From: Spartobacteria bacterium
Lineage (GTDB): Bacteria; Verrucomicrobiota; Verrucomicrobiia; Chthoniobacterales; UBA10450
Length of the DNA stretch: 64,000 nucleotides
Reading direction: 5' to 3'
NCBI GenBank assembly: GCA_003167365.1
Contig: PMTM01000013.1
Coordinates: 122,667 to 186,666, forward strand
In this document: positions 8,500-17,605 of the stretch, one piece after another
Numbering within the stretch: position 1 is the first letter of the stretch
Layout: every line of letters starts with the position of its first letter
Program-made: the position numbers and the translations under genes
The notes under the pieces: model-generated
Databases searched by the model: none
Seen by the model: the letters and a program-made list of their open reading frames with translations, nothing else
What the model was told of the DNA's origin: nothing

Positions 8500-8561
8500 G
8501 TAGGGACGTTTCTCCGAAACGTCCGTAGAATTTGTCGGACGGCTCGGAGAGCCATCCCTAC
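8500..8561. repeat. REP-like double-hairpin element (GTAGGGA family)
   Basis: Left arm is GTAGGGACGTTTCTCCGAAACGTCCG. The reverse complement of the right arm is GTAGGGATGGCTCTCCGAGCCGTCCG. Each arm is itself a hairpin. The element starts immediately after the rarD stop. Confidence 0.6.
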
Positions 8562-8602
8562 CGCTCATTTGCGATAAGATGTCGATCCCCTATTCTTAAT
8601 CA

Positions 8603-9124
8603 GTGAAGAAAGACGACTTCGACTACGCGATCGAGAACACGCAGGTGATTCTCGCCCCCGAGCAACAGATCGCGACCTTCGGCAGCACCAGCTTCAATTT
8701 CTATCTCATCTCCGAGTTGATGGACCAGGTCGATCAGGTCCGGGTGCGCAACGGAAGGATTCACGCCGAGCGCCCGCAGATTCTCACGCCGGAACATTAT
8801 ACGCGCCTCTTGCTCGAAGGTTTCGGCGACAAAGCGCAGGAGTACGTCGATCACTTGCGTGAAAATCTGCGCAATATCGCGGTCTTACGTTACGGCTTTC
8901 AATTCCGCAAAACCGATGTGACCGAAGAAACGCTTCGCGATACGATCGGTTCCGTCATCAACCGCACCAAACGCCGCGTCGAAGATGCCAACGAACCGCT
9001 CAGCGTCGTCATCCAGGGCGTGGACGACGCCTGGGAAGTCTGCCTGCTCAAATTCACCATCGACATGATCGAACGATCGAGTGGCGGAAACATCGGCGAC
9101 TTTCGCAAGCGCGGATTGATTTGA
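8603..9124 (+). CDS. Hypothetical protein (soluble, 173 aa)
   Basis: Clean ORF with a GTG start and coding-like composition. I recognise no motif. Confidence 0.65.
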   Translation: MKKDDFDYAIENTQVILAPEQQIATFGSTSFNFYLISELMDQVDQVRVRNGRIHAERPQILTPEHYTRLLLEGFGDKAQEYVDHLRENLRNIAVLRYGFQFRKTDVTEETLRDTIGSVINRTKRRVEDANEPLSVVIQGVDDAWEVCLLKFTIDMIERSSGGNIGDFRKRGLI

Positions 9125-9174
9125 AGTTTGTATTTTGTTTCCGGTAGATTGCGATCGATGCCTTGCAAAGAGAA

Positions 9175-9696
9175 ATGGACCTGGACCAGTGCGTTGGTTG
9201 CGGTGGGCTCTTTCCGAAAATGGAAGGACCGACTCACCTTTACATGGAATCCTCTCCCGGTTGCTGGGCGATATATGGCGAAGTGCTCGCGCGCGAGTAC
9301 AGCAACGTTGCCTTCTCTCAAACTCACCGGGTGACGGTTGACGCATACGCCGCGCAGCATCCCGGACATCCTTCGCCACAAAGCATTCAATCAGTCGCTG
9401 GACATTTGATCCGGCTTTGCCTTTTGCTCGAATACGGCTTGGAAATCGAGCGCGCCAACGCAGCAATGCTCAAAGCAATCGAATCCAAGAAAAAGTTTGC
9501 GTGGTTAACGCCACCGCCCAGCCGCGGAGCCTTGACTGTGCTCGATGTCCATCGCGCCACTAGTGTCGAATATCACGTGGAGCGCGTGCGTGCCTGGGCA
9601 GCAAGCGTGTGGGCAGCCTGGGCTCTGCATCACGATCAAATTCGACAGTGGCTGCCCGTGGAATTCGACTCGAGAAAGCGGCATTCGGGAAAATAA
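9175..9696 (+). CDS. Hypothetical protein, DUF5946-like (N-terminal Cys/His cluster)
   Basis: Reads MDLDQCVGCGG...GPTHLYMESSPGCWAIYGEVLAREY...HRVTVDAYAAQHPG. The pattern resembles DUF5946 as I remember it. ATG 9175 is preferred over the track's TTG at 9163. Confidence 0.6.
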   Translation: MDLDQCVGCGGLFPKMEGPTHLYMESSPGCWAIYGEVLAREYSNVAFSQTHRVTVDAYAAQHPGHPSPQSIQSVAGHLIRLCLLLEYGLEIERANAAMLKAIESKKKFAWLTPPPSRGALTVLDVHRATSVEYHVERVRAWAASVWAAWALHHDQIRQWLPVEFDSRKRHSGK

Positions 9697-9756
9697 CCTC
9701 GTCCAGCCCTTCTCCTACCCGCCTCAATTCGAACCGGCAGTTCGAGCTTTTGGGCT

Positions 9757-9787
9757 TTTGTCATTCCGCGCATCTTGTCATTCTGCG
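9757..9787 (+). promoter_or_regulatory. Direct repeat (2 x 14 nt, 17-nt spacing) upstream of mlaE; candidate operator or promoter element
   Basis: TTGTCATTCCGCGC followed after 3 nt by TTGTCATTCTGCGC (13 of 14 identical). It ends about 20 nt before the mlaE start codon. Confidence 0.3.
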
Positions 9788-9806
9788 CGTTTCGGACTAA
9801 CGCGCT

Positions 9807-10547
9807 TTGAAAAATTACCTCAAACTCAACCTCAGCCTGCTCTACTGGGTCTTGGTCGCGCCCTTTAAGGGTCAGTTCCCCAAGCTGTCGCCGATTTTCA
9901 AGCAGATGGTTTTCATCGGCGTGCGCGCCGCGCCGATGGTTGCACTAACGGCGTTTAGCGTGGGCGTGACTCTGGCGATGCAGGCCGCGCATTCGTTGCA
10001 ACAGCTCGGCGCAGAAATTTACGTGCCCGATTTGGTGATGGTGACGCTTCTGCGTGAGATGGGGCCGGTCTTGATTGCGGTGATCGTGATCGGACGGAGC
10101 GGGTCTGCGGTCGCAGCGGAGATTGGAACCATGAAAGTTTCGGAAGAGATTGAAGCGCTTGAAGTCATGGCCATCAACCCGGTCCAATACTTGGTCCTGC
10201 CGCGGTTTCTGGCCATGATGGTGATGTTGCCCGTGCTTACGATCCTGGGAGATTACATCGGCGTCTTCGGCGGCTGGGCCGTTTGCCATCTCGCACTCGA
10301 TTTCAACACCGCCGGGTTCATCATGCGTGCGTTGGAAAGCGCGGACGCGTGGGACTTATATTCGGGCGTGATCAAGAGCGTGATTTTTGCGTGGCTTATC
10401 ATTACGATCGCGTGCAACGCCGGTTTGCACGTGGAAGGCGGCGCTGAAGGCGTTGGCCAGGCCACGACGTCTTCGGTGGTCGAAGCGTTGCTGGCGATGC
10501 TGGTTATGAACGCAGTGCTAACCGGAATTTTCTTCTTCGGCGCATGA
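9807..10547 (+). CDS. mlaE: MlaE-family ABC transporter permease
   Basis: 246 aa with the MlaE/Ttg2B pattern (LLREMGPVLIAVIVIGRSGSAVAAEIGTMKVSEEIEALEVMAINP). TTG start; an in-frame stop lies 9 nt upstream. Overlaps mlaF by 4 nt. Confidence 0.9.
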   Translation: MKNYLKLNLSLLYWVLVAPFKGQFPKLSPIFKQMVFIGVRAAPMVALTAFSVGVTLAMQAAHSLQQLGAEIYVPDLVMVTLLREMGPVLIAVIVIGRSGSAVAAEIGTMKVSEEIEALEVMAINPVQYLVLPRFLAMMVMLPVLTILGDYIGVFGGWAVCHLALDFNTAGFIMRALESADAWDLYSGVIKSVIFAWLIITIACNAGLHVEGGAEGVGQATTSSVVEALLAMLVMNAVLTGIFFFGA

Positions 10548-11398
10548 ACTCGGAAACAGAGCCCGTAATTGAAGTTGTCGATCTTGTCCGAAAGTTCGGC
10601 GATCGCGCCGTGATCAACGATATCTCGCTCCAGATCCATCGCGGCGAGACTATGGTGATCATGGGAGGGAGCGGTTGCGGCAAGAGCACATTGCTGCGGC
10701 ACATCATCGGTTCGATGAAACCGACCTCGGGCTCGGTGAAGATTTTCGGCGAAGAAGTCACCGCCATGAACGAGCAGGAGATCACCAGTGTGCGGCGGCG
10801 CTTCGGGATGTTGTTTCAATCCGGCGCGTTACTCGCGTCGCTCACCGTGGGCGAGAACGTCTCACTGCCACTTTTGGAGCATACCGACAATTCGCTCGAT
10901 GAGATTGAAGAGATCGTACGACAAAAACTTCAGATGGTGGGATTGACCGGCTTCGAAAACCTCAAGCCAGCGGAAATCAGTGGCGGCATGAAAAAACGCG
11001 TCGGCCTGGCGCGCGCTCTCGCGCTCGACCCCGAACTGCTTTTCAGCGATGAGCCGACTTCCGGACTCGATCCCATCATGACCGCGGTGGTGGATCAGTT
11101 GACGCTCAAACTCACACGGGGAACCGGCATGACCGCCGTCGTCGTCACACACGACATGACAAGCGCGTTTCGCATTGCCACGCGCATGATTATGCTCGGA
11201 CGCGGCAGCATTATTGCGCAAGGTACACCCGACGAAATTCGCAACAGCCCCAATCCCGAAGTGCAACAATTTATCCATGGCGAACCCGACGGCCCGGTGC
11301 CGTTAAACCTATCGCAAGACGAGCACGAGCATCATCAGCAAGTTAAACCGCGTCCGTTCGTCGCCGCGCGCGGACGATTTCACCGCAAGACTTCATGA
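10544..11398 (+). CDS. mlaF: MlaF-like ABC transporter ATP-binding protein
   Basis: Walker A GGSGCGKST, ABC signature ISGGMKKRV, Walker B LLFSDEPTSGLD. It has a C-terminal extension of about 40 aa. Confidence 0.93.
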   Translation: MNSETEPVIEVVDLVRKFGDRAVINDISLQIHRGETMVIMGGSGCGKSTLLRHIIGSMKPTSGSVKIFGEEVTAMNEQEITSVRRRFGMLFQSGALLASLTVGENVSLPLLEHTDNSLDEIEEIVRQKLQMVGLTGFENLKPAEISGGMKKRVGLARALALDPELLFSDEPTSGLDPIMTAVVDQLTLKLTRGTGMTAVVVTHDMTSAFRIATRMIMLGRGSIIAQGTPDEIRNSPNPEVQQFIHGEPDGPVPLNLSQDEHEHHQQVKPRPFVAARGRFHRKTS

Positions 11399-12276
11399 AA
11401 AAGAACCTCTCCGACTACATCGTGGCCCTCTCCGTCATCGCGTGCAGCGTTGTGCTGTTGGGCGCGCTCACCATTGCGCTCTCGGGCTATCGTTTGAAAA
11501 AACCGACGCGCACTTTGCAGATCAACTACGAAGACGTGACCGGTATCAAAGTTCACTCCGAAGTCCGGTACGCAGGCGCGCCGGCGGGGCGCGTTATCGC
11601 CATGCGCCACTTGAGTGCAGCAGAGCGCGGTGGATCGGCGAACAAGAGAGATGCCGTGCGCGTAACGATCAGTCTCGACGAAGGGATTCCGCCAATACCT
11701 AGCGATGTCGTTGCCACGCTTAGTTCGGACACATTGCTCGCGCCGAAATTTGTCGCGCTCTCCGCCGGCACGCCGGGCGGGAAGACGCTGGCCAATAATG
11801 CCGCAATCGAAGGACATCCCTCTTACGGCATCGAGCAGATTACGGCCGCGGCCGGCCCGCTTTTAGACGATGCGAACAAGTTGATCGGCAATCTTGATGG
11901 CACGGTCACCGACTTGAAAGGCGATCTGGGCAACATCATGCCGAAGTTCTCGGGGTTGGCCGATTCGTTAAAAGTCGATGCGGATAATCTGCAGAACGTT
12001 GTCACAAACCTGGGAAGTGCGACCAAAGACGCGGACACGCTTATGGATACAGCTGGAAAATTCGTCAGCAGCACCGACACGCATCTCCAGGATCTAATGA
12101 AAGAGCTGCGCGTGATTTTGCTGAACTTGAAAGTGGTTAGCACGCACGCCAAAGCAATCACGGAGACGCTGGGCGAGAAACCGGGCCGGCTCATTTTCAG
12201 CGGCAAGGCGAACAAGCTCACGCCCGAGCAAGAAATTATTAAGAGCCGCGAACCGCTGCCGGCGAAGCAGCCGTAA
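11395..12276 (+). CDS. mlaD: MlaD/MCE-domain protein
   Basis: N-terminal TM helix, then an MCE fold (VTGIKVHSEVRYAGAPAGRV) and a long helical C-terminal region. Overlaps mlaF by 4 nt. Confidence 0.85.
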   Translation: MKKNLSDYIVALSVIACSVVLLGALTIALSGYRLKKPTRTLQINYEDVTGIKVHSEVRYAGAPAGRVIAMRHLSAAERGGSANKRDAVRVTISLDEGIPPIPSDVVATLSSDTLLAPKFVALSAGTPGGKTLANNAAIEGHPSYGIEQITAAAGPLLDDANKLIGNLDGTVTDLKGDLGNIMPKFSGLADSLKVDADNLQNVVTNLGSATKDADTLMDTAGKFVSSTDTHLQDLMKELRVILLNLKVVSTHAKAITETLGEKPGRLIFSGKANKLTPEQEIIKSREPLPAKQP

Positions 12277-12308
12277 TTCCAAAGGTACGGAAACGTTCGA
12301 GGGAGCCG

Positions 12309-13040
12309 CTACATTTTCCGATAGCGGCGCATCAGTTTGAAGAAGCCGAGGGTATCGCGCACGGGATGGATGCTGCTGACTTCGTCGGAGTAAACGGTGC
12401 TGATGGGCACTGATTCGATGCGAAAACCTTTGCGACTGGCGACGATGAGCATTTCGGTTTCGTAATCGAAACGGTTCGCGCCACTGAGCAATTCGGGAAT
12501 CAGATGCCGATGCAACATGCGGTAACCGCATTGCGTGTCGGGAATCTCCTGGCCGCAAACGCGACTGATCTTGTTGCTCATGTAACGATTGACCATGCGG
12601 CGCAGGAGCGGCATCGATGAAACGTTTTTCATCCGGTTACCGAGCAAGAGTGACGCGTCGTCGGACATGGACGCGCGAATGAAATCGTCGATCTCTTCCG
12701 GACGATGCTGACCATCGGCGTCGAGGATAAAGACCCACGTGAATTGGCGATCCAGCCAGTGACGCAGCCCCGTCCTGATCGCCTCGCCCTTCCCGCGATT
12801 TTGCGGGTGAACGATCACTTCCGCACCGGCTTCGCGCGCGTGCGCAGCAGTTCGATCGTTAGATCCATCATCAACTACGAGGACATGATCGAGTTGCTGG
12901 CGTGTCCGGCGGACAACGTCACCGATATGTTTTTCCTCGTGATAAGCCGGAATGACGGCGGCGATCGTCGCGCGATCCGCTTTGTGCACCGTCCACGAAG
13001 GCACAGACGAAATGTCTGGGCCGCGTTGCCGATCTTCCAT
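12309..13040 (-). CDS. Family 2 glycosyltransferase (polyprenyl-phosphate sugar synthase-like)
   Basis: Reads IAAVIPAYHEEKHIGDVV, VVDDGSNDRT, ILDADGQH (DxD). Start trimmed to the ATG at 13040, directly after the lipA stop. The track ORF extends to 13235, inside lipA. Confidence 0.88.
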   Translation of the reverse strand: MEDRQRGPDISSVPSWTVHKADRATIAAVIPAYHEEKHIGDVVRRTRQQLDHVLVVDDGSNDRTAAHAREAGAEVIVHPQNRGKGEAIRTGLRHWLDRQFTWVFILDADGQHRPEEIDDFIRASMSDDASLLLGNRMKNVSSMPLLRRMVNRYMSNKISRVCGQEIPDTQCGYRMLHRHLIPELLSGANRFDYETEMLIVASRKGFRIESVPISTVYSDEVSSIHPVRDTLGFFKLMRRYRKM

Positions 13041-13042
13041 TG

Positions 13043-13930
13043 TCAGCGGACGACCGGGTGGAAGTCGGCCGCGTGATACGAGCTGCGCACAAGCGGCCCG
13101 GAGGCGACGTGCGCAAAACCTTTCTTCCGCGCTATCTCGCCGTAAAGATCGAATTGCTCCGGCGTGATGTACTCGAGGACGGGCAAATGTTTCGGAGTCG
13201 GACGCAGATATTGGCCCATGGTCAAAACCTGACACCCTGCTTCGCGCAAATCATCCATAGTTTGAAACAATTCCGTTTCGGTTTCACCAAGGCCGAGCAT
13301 GACGCCGCTCTTGGTCACGACTTTCGGTGACAGGTCCTTTGCCCGTCGCAACACTTGAAGCGAAGTGCGGTATTTCGCACGCGACCGGACAAACGGCGTG
13401 AGTCGCTCCACTGTTTCCATGTTGTGATTGTAAATCTCCGGCGCGGCATCGAGCACGATCTGGATGCACCAATCTTGCGCGTGAAAATCGGGGACGAGCA
13501 CTTCGATCACGATCGAAGGATCCATCTCGCGGATCGCAGCGATGACGCGTGCAAAATGATTCGCGCCGCCGTCTTTCAAATCGTCGCGCGCGACCGCGGT
13601 GATCACGACGTGTTTCAACTTCATGCGTCGCACCGCCTCAGCCACGCGTTGCGGTTCGTCGTCCTCGAGCGCAAACGGTTTCGCCGTCGTCACCGCGCAA
13701 AATCCGCAGGCCCGCGTGCAACGATCACCCGCGATCATCATTGTGGCCGTGCCTTGGCTCCAGCATTCCCAGCGGTTCGGGCATTGCGCGCTCTCGCAAA
13801 CGGTGTGCAAGCGCAGATCGGAAATCAGCGCCTTAGTCGAAAAGAAAACCGGATTCGATGGCAGCCGGACCTTGATCCACGGCGGCTTTTGCGCTTGATG
13901 CAACGCAGGATCGATTTTCGCGCAAGACAT
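13043..13930 (-). CDS. lipA: Lipoyl synthase
   Basis: CESAQCPNRWECW auxiliary cluster motif and the radical-SAM motif CTRACGFC. ATG 13930 is preferred; the track uses TTG at 13966. Confidence 0.96.
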   Translation of the reverse strand: MSCAKIDPALHQAQKPPWIKVRLPSNPVFFSTKALISDLRLHTVCESAQCPNRWECWSQGTATMMIAGDRCTRACGFCAVTTAKPFALEDDEPQRVAEAVRRMKLKHVVITAVARDDLKDGGANHFARVIAAIREMDPSIVIEVLVPDFHAQDWCIQIVLDAAPEIYNHNMETVERLTPFVRSRAKYRTSLQVLRRAKDLSPKVVTKSGVMLGLGETETELFQTMDDLREAGCQVLTMGQYLRPTPKHLPVLEYITPEQFDLYGEIARKKGFAHVASGPLVRSSYHAADFHPVVR

Positions 13931-13993
13931 TGCAGCAAGACTATGCAACGCGGGTATGAAAATCAACCAGGCGCGTCACCTCAACAAAACGTT

Positions 13994-14116
13994 GTCATCC
14001 CGAATCCGCCTGATGCGGATGAGGGACCTCGCACCGACTCATCGGATAACGAGCGACCATTGCGTAATCGTTCACCCTGTGTGAGGTCCCTCGCCGTCTT
14101 CGCGACTCGGGATAAC
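13994..14116. mobile_element. MITE-like element, GTCATCCCGAG...GAGGGACCTC family (full copy)
   Basis: GTCATCCCGAATCCGCCTGATGCGGATGAGGGACCTC ... GAGGTCCCTCGCCGTCTTCGCGACTCGGGATAAC. Fills the recR-lipA intergenic gap. Confidence 0.7.
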
Positions 14117-14127
14117 ACACACATGAG

Positions 14128-14733
14128 TTAAAGCTTCGTCCGGCCGGAGAGAGCGGCCGAGAGGGTGAGCTCGTCGGCGGATTCGAGGCCGCCGCCGGCC
14201 GGAATGCCGCGTGCGATGCGCGTGAGCGAGATCGATTTATTCTTCAAAAGATCGACCAGATAGTTTGTGGTTGCTTCGCCTTCAACATCGGTGGCGAGGG
14301 CGAAAATGATTTCCGACAGGGTTTCCTTCTCGACGCGATCAAGCAGTTCCTTGATCCGCAAATCTTCCGGGCCGACGTGATCGAGCGGCGAGATGCGTCC
14401 GCCCAACGAATGATAGAGGCCGCGAAAGGCGCTCGTTTTCTCAAGTGGCAAAATATCGGTTGGTTGCTCGACCACACAGAGGAGATCGGTGGCGCGTGAA
14501 GTGTCGGCGCAAATGTCGCAGATGGGGTTGGTCGTAAAGTAGCCACACAACTCGCAGGCATGAATGGCTTCGCGCGTGGCCGTGATGGCGCGCGCGATCT
14601 GCTGCGGCTGATCTCCGCGCGCTTGCACCATCCAAAGCGCGATGCGCTCGGCCGAGCGCGGGCCCACTCCGGGCATTTGCCGCAATTGCGCGATCAAATC
14701 ACGCAGCGCTGTTGGATATTCGGTCTTTCTCAA
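14128..14733 (-). CDS. recR: Recombination protein RecR
   Basis: HhH region LPGVGPRSAERIA, C4 zinc finger CELCGYFTTNPICDIC, Toprim region. TTG start. Confidence 0.95.
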   Translation of the reverse strand: MRKTEYPTALRDLIAQLRQMPGVGPRSAERIALWMVQARGDQPQQIARAITATREAIHACELCGYFTTNPICDICADTSRATDLLCVVEQPTDILPLEKTSAFRGLYHSLGGRISPLDHVGPEDLRIKELLDRVEKETLSEIIFALATDVEGEATTNYLVDLLKNKSISLTRIARGIPAGGGLESADELTLSAALSGRTKL

Positions 14734-14743
14734 AACGCGCGGC

Positions 14744-15994
14744 TTATTTCTCCGGCGCGTCGGTCAAATGCAACGCGAGCACCTCAAGCCGGCGCAGATA
14801 GAGTTGCAAGGGCGCATCGTTTTCGCCATCGGGTCCCCGCGCTTTTTGAAATTCGGAATACGCTTCCGCCCATCGTTTTTCCCGATAAAGCACGACGCCA
14901 TTCCAGAATGAGTCGCGCCGCGCGATGTGTTCCGGCTTCGCCTCGGTCGCAAGCGAGAGCGGTTCATAGATTTCGTGGCGCTCCTGCGAATTTACACCGC
15001 TGAGGAAATCGATTGGTCGCGCGACAATGTGTTTACTGGCCAGCTCAAACGTTTGTGGCCCAATCAAAATCCGCGAACCGTAAAAGCGGTTGGCGACACA
15101 AAAGCGGCGCGCGAGTTCAACCGGCTCGCCGCTGGTCAAAAGCCCTGGCCGATCGTCATTCTTGAACGGCGCGACGATCATCGTGCCGGAGCTGACGCCC
15201 ACGTGCACCTCGCATTTCGTGGGAGTCTCTCCGTTGTTTACCAGACGGAAATCGCGAAAAGCCTCGACCAGCCCGAGAGTCATGCGCACCGCCCTATCCG
15301 CGTGGTTCGGTTCCGCATCCGGAAATCCGAAGAGAGCAACAACGCCTTCGCCGTCCGCCGCCTGAATGTAAGCGCCCGCTTCGAGCAGATGTTGGGTGGC
15401 TCGATGAATGAAGGTTTCAGTGGTTTCAGCAAAAACGGTGGGATTGTTTTCTTCAGCGAGCTCGTATTTGTTCGCGATATCGCAAACGACCACGGTAGTT
15501 TGGAATGTTCGCGCTTCCGTCTCGAACGGAATGTCGCCGGCAACCACGCGTTGAATTTGTTCTTTCGACAATCGATCGCCCAACAACAAACGCGCAACCC
15601 GCGACCGGCTGTGACTGTAAATGGCAAAGAAGCGTTCCGAGACGACGAACGCGAGGACGACTGCGAAGATCGATGGGGCCGGCTGAAAGAAAACGTGATA
15701 AAGCGAGCAGACCCAGGCAAAACCGATTACTTCAATGACCAACGCGAGCACGAGCCAGCCCAGCCGCCCCCGCCGCGGAGTCGTCAGAGTCATCCAGGCG
15801 ACGCCGACCGATAAGATCGAGAGAAAAATATATTGCCAGCGCTCGCTAAGGACATTGTTAAACGTGCCGTGAAGCGAAATAAACTCGCGCGCCGGAAGTT
15901 CGACACGAGCCAGAAGTTGCGTGCCGTGGAGAGCGCCAATCGCTCCGGCGACAAGAAAACCAATAATGATGGCAACAACAAACGGACGTTTCAT
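14744..15994 (-). CDS. Membrane-anchored class III adenylate/guanylate cyclase-homology protein with non-canonical catalytic residues
   Basis: About 4 N-terminal TM helices, then a CHD (VVVCDIANKYE...AADGEGVVALFGFP...VHVGVSSGTMIV...SGEPVELARRF) and a TPR-like tail. ATG 15994 lies 6 nt after the stop of the ClpX-like gene. Confidence 0.85.
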   Translation of the reverse strand: MKRPFVVAIIIGFLVAGAIGALHGTQLLARVELPAREFISLHGTFNNVLSERWQYIFLSILSVGVAWMTLTTPRRGRLGWLVLALVIEVIGFAWVCSLYHVFFQPAPSIFAVVLAFVVSERFFAIYSHSRSRVARLLLGDRLSKEQIQRVVAGDIPFETEARTFQTTVVVCDIANKYELAEENNPTVFAETTETFIHRATQHLLEAGAYIQAADGEGVVALFGFPDAEPNHADRAVRMTLGLVEAFRDFRLVNNGETPTKCEVHVGVSSGTMIVAPFKNDDRPGLLTSGEPVELARRFCVANRFYGSRILIGPQTFELASKHIVARPIDFLSGVNSQERHEIYEPLSLATEAKPEHIARRDSFWNGVVLYREKRWAEAYSEFQKARGPDGENDAPLQLYLRRLEVLALHLTDAPEK

Positions 15995-16000
15995 CGACAA

Positions 16001-17605
16001 TCAGGCGTTTTTCGCGCCCGCTGCTGGGTAGTATGACTGCACAACCAGTTCGCTCAAGAACTTGTCCGGCGCATCGACTGCGGCGGAATCAAGCGTGAAT
16101 TTCTTCTGGCCGGTGTTCTTTTGAATGAGGCTCAATCCAAACTGATAATCCTTAAACAAATGGGCGCAGAGTTCCGGCATGGTCATGCGCTCGGTTTGAG
16201 CGCGCTCTACCAAACGCTGCAACGCGCTTTCATCAAAAACAATTTCGATCTCGTGCTCGCGTTGAAACCGATCCGCAAATTGCAGTGCATTTGCTTTCAG
16301 CGCTTCGCCTTCGTGCTTGTGACCTTCAGCCATGAGACGATCCAGCACCCGCTTCGGTTCACGCACGAGTTCGGTCGTAACGCGCAATTGGCTGAGGCCC
16401 GATCCGGCGAGATAGTATTTGTAATCCCGGAATAATTTTTCCCACACGGTGAGCAAGCCGCGCGCGCCGGTCTTCTCCTTCGCGGCCGCCTGAGCCATGA
16501 GCTTGAGCGACTCATCATCAAAGCTGATCCCGATGCCGTAAGCGCGAAAGGCGCGCTCATATTGTTTAAGCAGGCTGCCTTCCGAAAATTTCATGATCTG
16601 GTAAAGATCATCCGCGTTGAGCTCTTCACAGACCACGCGCACCGGCAAACGGCCGATGAATTCCGGCTCGAAACCATATTCGACGAAATCCTGCGTCGTG
16701 ACGTACTGAAACAGTTCGTTGTCCATCACCTGCGTCGGCTCCGCGCTGAATCCGATTTGGCCCTGTGACATTCGCCGCGAGACTTGTTGCTTCAAGCGCT
16801 CGAAAGCGCCGCTCACCACAAAGAGAATGTGCCGTGTGTTAATCGTTTCGCGTTTGGCTTTGCCACGCTTCTGGAATTCGAACGCGGCTTGTAGTTGCGC
16901 CTGGAGATCGTTCGCGCTCCGCACCGGCACCTCGGTTTCTTCCATTAACTTTAGCAAAGTGGTTTGCACGCCGCGCCCGCTCACGTCGCGCCCGATCATG
17001 TTTCCCGCCGAAGCAATCTTGTCGATCTCGTCGATGTAAATGATGCCGAACCGCGCGAGGTTGACGTCGCCGTCTGCCTTCTGCACCAGTTCGCGCACGA
17101 GATCCTCGACGTCGCCACCGACATAGCCGGTCTCGCTAAATTTCGTCGCGTCCGCTTTCACGAACGGCACTTTGATCAGCTCCGCGATATGCTTGATCAA
17201 ATACGTTTTGCCGACGCCGGTGGGGCCGACCAGGATCACATTCTGCTTGGCGTACTCGGTCTCTTCCGCGCGGGCCGGATCCTCTTTCTCGAGCTTGTGC
17301 AGATACTTCGCGTGATTGTAATGATCGCAAACCGCGATGGAGAGAACCTTCTTCGCTTCATCCTGCTTGATCACAAACCGGTCGAGATGCGCCTTGATAT
17401 CGCGCGGCAGGAAATTGAAAAGGAACTCCTCCTTGTCGACCTTTTCCGGCTTCTCCTCGCTTCCCGCTTCGGCCGGTTCCGTCTCCGATTGAGAAAAGGT
17501 CGTGAACGCAACCCGATCTCCGAAGTTCTGTTTCATGAACTCCGAGATCTTTGCTTTCAATTCCTCCGGTGAAGGAAACGGCGGTGGTGGTGGGTTTTGT
17601 TCCAT
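16001..17605 (-). CDS. ClpX-family AAA+ ATPase lacking the N-terminal zinc-binding domain, with a C-terminal extension of about 130 aa
   Basis: Walker A GPTGVGKT, pore-1 loop GYVGGDVE, Walker B IIYIDEIDK, RGVQTTLLKLMEE, an IGF-like loop (QGQIGFSAE), and EFIGRLPV. The N-terminal 100 aa contain no Cys. Start taken at ATG 17605. Confidence 0.88.
   Translation of the reverse strand: MEQNPPPPPFPSPEELKAKISEFMKQNFGDRVAFTTFSQSETEPAEAGSEEKPEKVDKEEFLFNFLPRDIKAHLDRFVIKQDEAKKVLSIAVCDHYNHAKYLHKLEKEDPARAEETEYAKQNVILVGPTGVGKTYLIKHIAELIKVPFVKADATKFSETGYVGGDVEDLVRELVQKADGDVNLARFGIIYIDEIDKIASAGNMIGRDVSGRGVQTTLLKLMEETEVPVRSANDLQAQLQAAFEFQKRGKAKRETINTRHILFVVSGAFERLKQQVSRRMSQGQIGFSAEPTQVMDNELFQYVTTQDFVEYGFEPEFIGRLPVRVVCEELNADDLYQIMKFSEGSLLKQYERAFRAYGIGISFDDESLKLMAQAAAKEKTGARGLLTVWEKLFRDYKYYLAGSGLSQLRVTTELVREPKRVLDRLMAEGHKHEGEALKANALQFADRFQREHEIEIVFDESALQRLVERAQTERMTMPELCAHLFKDYQFGLSLIQKNTGQKKFTLDSAAVDAPDKFLSELVVQSYYPAAGAKNA

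Noticed and set aside
9807-12276. mlaEFD without mlaC/mlaB, considered as an anomaly.
   Set aside because: Three-gene MlaEFD-type (MCE) operons without MlaB/MlaC are common outside Proteobacteria, so this is not unusual enough to flag.
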